Part shown: positions 58,203-64,000 of the stretch, in pieces
Numbering within the stretch: position 1 is the stretch's first letter
Layout: every line of letters begins with the position of its first letter
Source of the DNA: an uncultured Bdellovibrionales bacterium
Lineage (GTDB): Bacteria > Patescibacteriota > Minisyncoccia > Moranbacterales > UBA1568
NCBI GenBank assembly: GCA_964624415.1
Contig: CAZUWR010000001.1
Coordinates: 180,256-244,255 of the forward strand
Direction: 5' to 3'
DNA length: 64,000 nucleotides
Notes under the pieces: model-generated
The model's input: only the letters and a program-made list of their open reading frames with translations
What the model was told of the DNA's origin: nothing
Databases searched by the model: none
Made by a program: the position numbers and the translations under genes

Positions 58203-59021
58203 TTATTGGTGTTTCGGAAGCGGTTTACCGCTGTATTTCTTGAAATATTTCAGAGCGCTGGCGATATGGTACCACATCAATTTATTGAAGAGCAATGAAT
58301 ACAGAAATCCTCCCTTGGCGCTACCCTTTCCGTGATAGTGATACATATGCGCATACGGATAGTACATCACCTTGTACCCGGATTCCCAAAACCTCCGGCA
58401 CCAATCGACATCCTCCATATACATGAAGAATCGCTCATCCATATAGCCCACCTTGTGCACGGCCGTCAAAGGCACCATCATAGCCGAACCCATCAGCCAG
58501 TCCACTTCGCGCGGCTGCTTGTGATCATAGTCCTTCATCAGAAACCAATCCGTGTGTTTTTTAGCGAAAGCGAACCGTCCGAGAAAGGTCCGGCGATACA
58601 AAATAGTAACCGGCTTGTAAAAGCGGAAACAGGATTCTTGAAACTCCTCGCTAAAGCCGAGCAATTTCGGGCCAACCATACCGACGTCCGGATGCTCCTG
58701 CAAAAAGCCGTGTAGACCCTCCACCACGCCTTCTGTCACAATAATATCGCTGTTAAGAAGGAGGGCATATTTACCCCTGCTCATTTCCAAACCCTTTTGC
58801 ACCAAACGACGGAATCCAACATTCTCCGCGAAGGAAAAAAACCTCACATCGGGAAAGTCTTCACGCATCATCATCGCCGTCGACTCCTGCGTCTCACCAT
58901 CCACAACGATAACCTCAAAAGAAACGTTTTTCACGTTTCTTTTGATGGACTCGATACAAAGCCTTAAAAGCTCGGTATTCTTGTAGCTATTGATAGCGAT
59001 GGAAACATCGATTGATTCCAT
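58203..59021 (-). CDS. Glycosyltransferase family 2
   Basis: 272 aa. GT-A fold with N-terminal VSIAINSYKN...EVIVVDGE...LLNSDIIV. Confidence 0.8.
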   Translation of the reverse strand: MESIDVSIAINSYKNTELLRLCIESIKRNVKNVSFEVIVVDGETQESTAMMMREDFPDVRFFSFAENVGFRRLVQKGLEMSRGKYALLLNSDIIVTEGVVEGLHGFLQEHPDVGMVGPKLLGFSEEFQESCFRFYKPVTILYRRTFLGRFAFAKKHTDWFLMKDYDHKQPREVDWLMGSAMMVPLTAVHKVGYMDERFFMYMEDVDWCRRFWESGYKVMYYPYAHMYHYHGKGSAKGGFLYSLLFNKLMWYHIASALKYFKKYSGKPLPKHQ

Positions 59022-59024
59022 AGT

Positions 59025-60248
59025 TTACGGTAACGAAGCGAATAATGCGTGAATGCGATCATAGTTGTCACCGCGCGGCCTGAGGATATAGCCTGTCTCT
59101 TTGGTTTCCTGCGGCGCATAGAGCAAACCTTCTTCGGAATCCTCCAGTACCTTCTGAGTGAGCGGTGCCGAATCGCCGACGGTCTTGTAGATATCAAACA
59201 AACGCTTCAGTTCCCAACCCTCCATATCGGTGCGGACATTGTCGCCGAGCGCATCGATCATGGCATTCACCTTGGTGAAATCAGTCAGGGTACCGGCACT
59301 GAGCGCCTTGGCCTTCAGAGCCTGAAGCACAGACTGCTGTCTGCGGGCGCGTTCGAAGTCGTTGGATGTATAGCGGGCGCGAGCATAACATAAAGCCTTG
59401 TCTCCCTCGAGATGATTAACACCGACGGGAAGCTCGAATAATCCGCCGCACTCCACATCTTTGTTATAACAAAGCGGATAGGACTTGGCGATATATTTGG
59501 TTCCGTTGGCTCTCACGTGATACTTGTTCTCAAACTGCTGCGGCTTGGTCGGTACATTGAAAACATACGGATCGCACACATGCGGCTGACGGAACTGCAC
59601 GCCTTCGGAAAACGGCTCGGTCAGTGTGATGTCGACGCCACCCACGGCATTCACTAAATCAGTAAATCCCTGGAAGCTGATGCTGACCGCGTACGAAATC
59701 GGCACACCGGTCACTTCGCTCAAGATTGTCTCCATGCTCTTCAAGCCTTCCCCGGTACCATTCTTCTCGCCCAAAGCATGTACCGCATTAATCTTCATCT
59801 GATCGGATGTCCCAGGAGCTGTCACATACAAATCGCGCGGCACGGATACGAGCGATGCTTTCGCAGGGTCGCCTTCTCCCTTGGATGGGTGAATGCTCAG
59901 TATCATGATCGTATCCGTAAGCAATCCGCCGCCATCCATATGCTCGCCGCGCATACCCAAAAGCGCGATATTGATGCGTCCCTCATCTTCGCCTTTGAGG
60001 GTCTTGTCCACGCCCGGCAATGACTTCACCAGACTACTGAAAATATTGCCCTTCGAGGTGATTTTGTTGAGCGTCGTGCCCGTCTTCCACAAAAACGCAC
60101 CGCCAACAAGCACGATAACACCCAATCCGATAAGCACCCACTTAAGCCACGCTCTTTTTTTCTTCAGAGGTGGTGGATTTCCGCCGAATGTCGGACGCGC
60201 GCCGCTATTTTTCGTTGTCGTAAAAAAATTCATATATATCGAACTCAA
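59025..60248 (-). CDS. LCP (LytR-CpsA-Psr) family cell-envelope glycopolymer phosphotransferase
   Basis: An N-terminal TM helix. LCP core INIALLGMRGEHMDGGGLLTDTIMILSIHP...LVSVPRDLYV. Confidence 0.8.
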   Translation of the reverse strand: MSSIYMNFFTTTKNSGARPTFGGNPPPLKKKRAWLKWVLIGLGVIVLVGGAFLWKTGTTLNKITSKGNIFSSLVKSLPGVDKTLKGEDEGRINIALLGMRGEHMDGGGLLTDTIMILSIHPSKGEGDPAKASLVSVPRDLYVTAPGTSDQMKINAVHALGEKNGTGEGLKSMETILSEVTGVPISYAVSISFQGFTDLVNAVGGVDITLTEPFSEGVQFRQPHVCDPYVFNVPTKPQQFENKYHVRANGTKYIAKSYPLCYNKDVECGGLFELPVGVNHLEGDKALCYARARYTSNDFERARRQQSVLQALKAKALSAGTLTDFTKVNAMIDALGDNVRTDMEGWELKRLFDIYKTVGDSAPLTQKVLEDSEEGLLYAPQETKETGYILRPRGDNYDRIHALFASLP

Positions 60249-60258
60249 AAAAATTACA

Positions 60259-61404
60259 CTACTTCATCTCCCTATATATCATGAGCATATTCTCCGCACT
60301 GACACGCCACGAGAAGCGCTCCGATCGCTGCATACCGACATCGATCAGTTTGTCACGTACGGTTGCCACAGTGGAGATAGTATACAAAACTTCGGAGAAT
60401 TTGGCAAGGTCGCGCGTATCGACAAAGAGCGCTCCGTCCTCGCCGATTTCCCGAAGCGGGGGTATGTCCGAAGCCACCACCGGTACCCGCTGACTCATCG
60501 CTTCCAGCACCGGAAGCCCAAACCCCTCATACAGCGAGGGAAACACAAAGGCTCGCGCCATCCGCATAATAACCGGCAAATCGCACTGCTCCACAAATCC
60601 CGGAAACAAAACGTCTTCTTGCACCACACTTTCCTGGAGAGCCTTGTCAATTTGCGTGTCATAGTTGTGTCCGGCCCTGTTCCCGACGATCACCAGCTTC
60701 ATCTCAGGAAGCTTGGTATGCAGAAGCGCAAAAGCCCTGATGAGAGCGGGAATGTTTTTCCTTGGCTGCAGCGTCCCGACATACAGGAGGAATGTTTCCG
60801 GAAGCGCATACTGTTTTCGCACGGCAGCGAATCTCTCTGAAGCGATGGGCTCATATGAAGCGAAGTCTCCCGACACAGCATTGAGCACAACCGCCACCTT
60901 GCTTTCCTTGATACCGTATCGCTCGATGATTTCTCGTTTCGTAAATTCCGACACCGCGATAATTCTGTCCGCCCGGCGCAGGCTTCGCGGAATCAAAAGA
61001 CCCAGAAACACCCTATCTTTCCAATTGATATACTGCGGATACACGCGAAACGAAATATCATGGATATGGGTAAGTATCTTGACCTTGCGCGAGACGAAAA
61101 ACGGCACGATATACTGCGTGTGATACGCATCAACAGGATATTTTCGCAGATATCGCGGCAGCGTCCACATATTCCAAGTGAATTTATTCGCCGTCGGAAG
61201 TGAAACTATGTGAAAATTGCTTTTGTCTCCGATACCAAGCGCGAGCGCGATAGCCGAAAGCTCCTCCTTAGAGCGCCCATCGATAAACAGACTATACTGA
61301 TTTTCCCCATCGATAAGCGCCAGATTTTTGACTATATTGAAAAACACCGACTCATCGCCCGTCCGTTTGCGCCCCACCATTCGAATGTCTATCCCTATAT
61401 GCAT
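60259..61404 (-). CDS. Glycosyltransferase family 4
   Basis: GT-B fold with EGFGLPVLEAMSQRVPVVASD. The start is at the Met of MHIGIDIRMVG (61404), which avoids overlap with the upstream gene. Confidence 0.75.
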   Translation of the reverse strand: MHIGIDIRMVGRKRTGDESVFFNIVKNLALIDGENQYSLFIDGRSKEELSAIALALGIGDKSNFHIVSLPTANKFTWNMWTLPRYLRKYPVDAYHTQYIVPFFVSRKVKILTHIHDISFRVYPQYINWKDRVFLGLLIPRSLRRADRIIAVSEFTKREIIERYGIKESKVAVVLNAVSGDFASYEPIASERFAAVRKQYALPETFLLYVGTLQPRKNIPALIRAFALLHTKLPEMKLVIVGNRAGHNYDTQIDKALQESVVQEDVLFPGFVEQCDLPVIMRMARAFVFPSLYEGFGLPVLEAMSQRVPVVASDIPPLREIGEDGALFVDTRDLAKFSEVLYTISTVATVRDKLIDVGMQRSERFSWRVSAENMLMIYREMK

Positions 61405-61423
61405 ACTTTTGTTATACGATACC

Positions 61424-63037
61424 TTACGAAATTTTCTTCTGCACAAAACCGATGGCGACCGCCAGCCATGCCCAAAAAAATCCAAGCAGTATGCCGGCAT
61501 TAAAAAGATTGAAAATCGTCAATCCGATCCAAGTGATGACGATAAACACATACACAGCGGTCAAAGGATTGTCTTTTTGACCCATAAGAAGCATTGCCCG
61601 ATACAAAGACACCGCACCGATAGACAGCCATATATACACAAAAGCAAGCAATCCGATAAGTCCGCTCCCGAGCCATACCTCCAAAAAGATATTGCTTGCA
61701 TTCAGTCCCGCACCACGCTCATCGGTCCCTAGAAGAGTGTGTATACTGCCAAAACCGACACCGAAGACGAAATGCTCGCGAAGCGCCGAAAAAGTCCGCG
61801 CATAGATATCCCTGCGGATACTCACATTGGGATCATCCCGGTATATCTCCCGCACAATTTCACCCTGCGCTTTCAGACTCTCCACTTCCTCCAAATTAAT
61901 ATGCCGGCAACCATAGCCCGCCAACTCATCCACCGAAACGATTCTCTCCGGAAGCGCGGCATCCGTCATGCACGCCACGGTAATGCGCTGCTCTCCGGAA
62001 GCGGTGCTTTGAGCCCGATTCAAAAGCTGAAACGACGTCAGATGAAACCCGACCACACACATCACGCTCACCGCCAAAGCGATGCCAATACCGCCGGCAT
62101 ACAGCAGCCCCGAGCGCCACTGCCAGCTCCTCACAGAGACGACGCGACCACCGGTCAACACGATACCGAAAGCGACTACCGTCATCAGCGCCACCCCAAG
62201 CCACGCGCTTCGCACCACCGAGAGAATAAGCGCTGTATAGAAAAGAATAAGCAGACTATGCAAAAAAATAACCAAGGGTAATTTCCGCTTCGACTGATCT
62301 TTGATACGATACTTCATCACAAGCGCATAGACCGCACCGATGGCAACCATCAGAAAAGCGCCCATCCAGTCCGGCTCCGCGAAAACACTGTTCGGTCTGC
62401 CTGGCATCACCTCAAATGCCCGAAGTCCTCGTGCAAACAAACTGTTCTGCCACAAGGCATATACGGCCACCACCACGCCCGAACCCATACAAAAAGTGAC
62501 GATATTGCCGACATCGCCCGCCGTCCGAATAAATATCCGTACCAAGGCGTACAAAGCGACGAATGAAAGTACGATGATAGATTGTTTCAGATCAGCACTT
62601 CGCTGCGCCGAAAATAACGCTGTCAGCAAACTCCCTGCCCAGAGCACCGCCACCGCCACATCCAATCGGTGCATCCGAGGCAGCGAAAAAGACAATCTCC
62701 CCGCGAAAAATCGTATGGCCACTGCGCCCAAAGTCAGGATGCCCACCCACTGATACGGACGCAAAGAAAGTCCCAATTCCACCGGCGCAAGACTGACAAT
62801 CTCAAAAGGAAGCAACCCGATAAAAAACAAAAATGCCCATCCCGGTCGATACAGAGCACACAACAATACCAGTCCGGAAAAAAACACGAAGTCACCCAAA
62901 GCGAGCGGGAACACACCACTGGTATACAGCGCAATCAGAACGCATGAAAACAGGACGCTCCCTGCAAGAAGCGCCATCTTTATCGGATGAAGAGATCGTA
63001 TCGATACCAGTATTTTCTCAAACATAGTTCGGATCAT
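61424..63037 (-). CDS. O-antigen ligase/polymerase-like (Wzy_C/WaaL family) polytopic membrane protein
   Basis: 537 aa with at least 10 TM helices and one large external loop. It is in the glycosyltransferase cluster. Confidence 0.5.
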   Translation of the reverse strand: MIRTMFEKILVSIRSLHPIKMALLAGSVLFSCVLIALYTSGVFPLALGDFVFFSGLVLLCALYRPGWAFLFFIGLLPFEIVSLAPVELGLSLRPYQWVGILTLGAVAIRFFAGRLSFSLPRMHRLDVAVAVLWAGSLLTALFSAQRSADLKQSIIVLSFVALYALVRIFIRTAGDVGNIVTFCMGSGVVVAVYALWQNSLFARGLRAFEVMPGRPNSVFAEPDWMGAFLMVAIGAVYALVMKYRIKDQSKRKLPLVIFLHSLLILFYTALILSVVRSAWLGVALMTVVAFGIVLTGGRVVSVRSWQWRSGLLYAGGIGIALAVSVMCVVGFHLTSFQLLNRAQSTASGEQRITVACMTDAALPERIVSVDELAGYGCRHINLEEVESLKAQGEIVREIYRDDPNVSIRRDIYARTFSALREHFVFGVGFGSIHTLLGTDERGAGLNASNIFLEVWLGSGLIGLLAFVYIWLSIGAVSLYRAMLLMGQKDNPLTAVYVFIVITWIGLTIFNLFNAGILLGFFWAWLAVAIGFVQKKIS

Positions 63038-63040
63038 TAC

Positions 63041-64000
63041 TTACAACATTCTCACAAGTTTCCCCACGCATCGCTGCCAGGAAAAATCCTGTGAGCGCAC
63101 CTTTCCACGACTGCCAAGGGTAACACGAAAATCCTTGTCGAGCAACATTTTCTGCATCGCGTGCGCTATAGATTCATCATTCATCGGATCACAGTACATC
63201 ACCGCATCCAAGCCCACCTCGGGCAGCGACGACGTCTGAGACGATAGCACAGCCGTCCCCTGACTCATCGCCTCAAGCACCGGCAATCCAAATCCCTCAT
63301 ACAACGAAGGAAAGACAAAAAACAAAGCCTCATGATACAGTGCCGGCAAATCCTCCTGCGGGACAAATCCCAACACCTTCACATGCGTCGAAAGATTGAG
63401 CTCCTTGACCAACGCTTCCACATCCGTAATCAGCGGCGCCAGCTGCGGCATCAGCTTGCCGGAAATCACCAGCTTCGGAATCGTCCTTCCCCATGGCTTT
63501 TTCTTGCCATCTTTGAGCAGTAATTTGTACGCGCGCAAAAGCCCCTCGATGTTCTTACGCTTTTCCAATCCCCCGCCCGCATAGATGTATCCGGGATGCA
63601 GCCGATATTTCTTCAGCACCTCCTGCATCCTGCTTATGGAAACCGTTTTCCGAAAAAGCGGATCGATATCGATATGATCCACAGTGATGGTATGCGCCAA
63701 AATACCCAGATGCGCGATGAGATCCTTTTCCGTCTTGGTCGAGACCGCCACGATCTTGTCCACCTTCCGGATGGCCTTCTCGATCCGATGCTGATACCAA
63801 CGTTTGCGCGCATTATTAAGATACTCGGGAAACAGTCGCGGGATGATATCGTGCACCACCATCACGTGCTTCATGCCCTTCGGTGCTATCGTCGCGCACT
63901 GATACAGACTAAGCAGCACATCGCAGCCATCCTGCTTGGCACGACTCGGAAGCGAAAACCTCTCCCAAAGCAGCGTACGGATCAAGTCATCGCGCCGCCA
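63041..64000 (-). CDS. Glycosyltransferase family 4 (5' end truncated by the window edge)
   Basis: C-terminal GT4 motif EGFGLPVLEAMSQGTAVLSS. The reading frame is still open at 63985-64000. Confidence 0.65.
   Translation of the reverse strand, partial: WRRDDLIRTLLWERFSLPSRAKQDGCDVLLSLYQCATIAPKGMKHVMVVHDIIPRLFPEYLNNARKRWYQHRIEKAIRKVDKIVAVSTKTEKDLIAHLGILAHTITVDHIDIDPLFRKTVSISRMQEVLKKYRLHPGYIYAGGGLEKRKNIEGLLRAYKLLLKDGKKKPWGRTIPKLVISGKLMPQLAPLITDVEALVKELNLSTHVKVLGFVPQEDLPALYHEALFFVFPSLYEGFGLPVLEAMSQGTAVLSSQTSSLPEVGLDAVMYCDPMNDESIAHAMQKMLLDKDFRVTLGSRGKVRSQDFSWQRCVGKLVRML

Noticed and set aside
57004-58335. 443-aa plus-strand ORF
   Set aside because: It is antisense to ctpA, whose S41 motifs are unambiguous. 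The plus-strand product is Ser/Leu-rich low complexity.

Overview
A 64 kb, gene-dense window at about 50% GC, with most genes on the minus strand. Three kinds of content are interleaved. Housekeeping genes: gatC-gatA, ligA, pheS-pheT, tyrS, a MazG-like pyrophosphohydrolase, secD-secF, a NUDIX hydrolase, rnhA, groES and the RNase P RNA gene rnpB. Cell-envelope and polysaccharide genes: a Wzx-like flippase, three consecutive GT-C (ArnT/PMT-like) glycosyltransferases, four GT4 glycosyltransferases (a fifth truncated at the window edge), one GT2, a WbaP-like initiating sugar transferase, a Wzz-like protein, an O-antigen-ligase-like protein and an LCP protein. Envelope protein quality control and export genes: two HtrA-like paralogs, one of which has a degenerate catalytic triad; a parvulin PPIase; CtpA; an FtsB-like protein; a MacAB/YknXYZ-like efflux operon with an embedded MFS gene; two very large secreted CARDB-repeat proteins; and a T4CP-like P-loop ATPase with a zinc ribbon. 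No transposase, integrase, CRISPR array, rRNA or tRNA gene was found. The gene content (several PMT-like GT-Cs, an orphan groES, many small hypothetical proteins) suggests a Patescibacteria/CPR-like genome; this is inference only. Features not captured by the ORF track are: rnpB, which the ORF track covers only with spurious ORFs; a CIRCE operator upstream of groES; a perfect consensus sigma-70 promoter; and a small repeat present at two loci whose 29-nt core lies in opposite orientation between identical flanks. The most unusual proteins are a SecD with an embedded parvulin domain, the catalytically dead HtrA paralog and an M23-peptidase/CARDB protein of about 1,070 aa.
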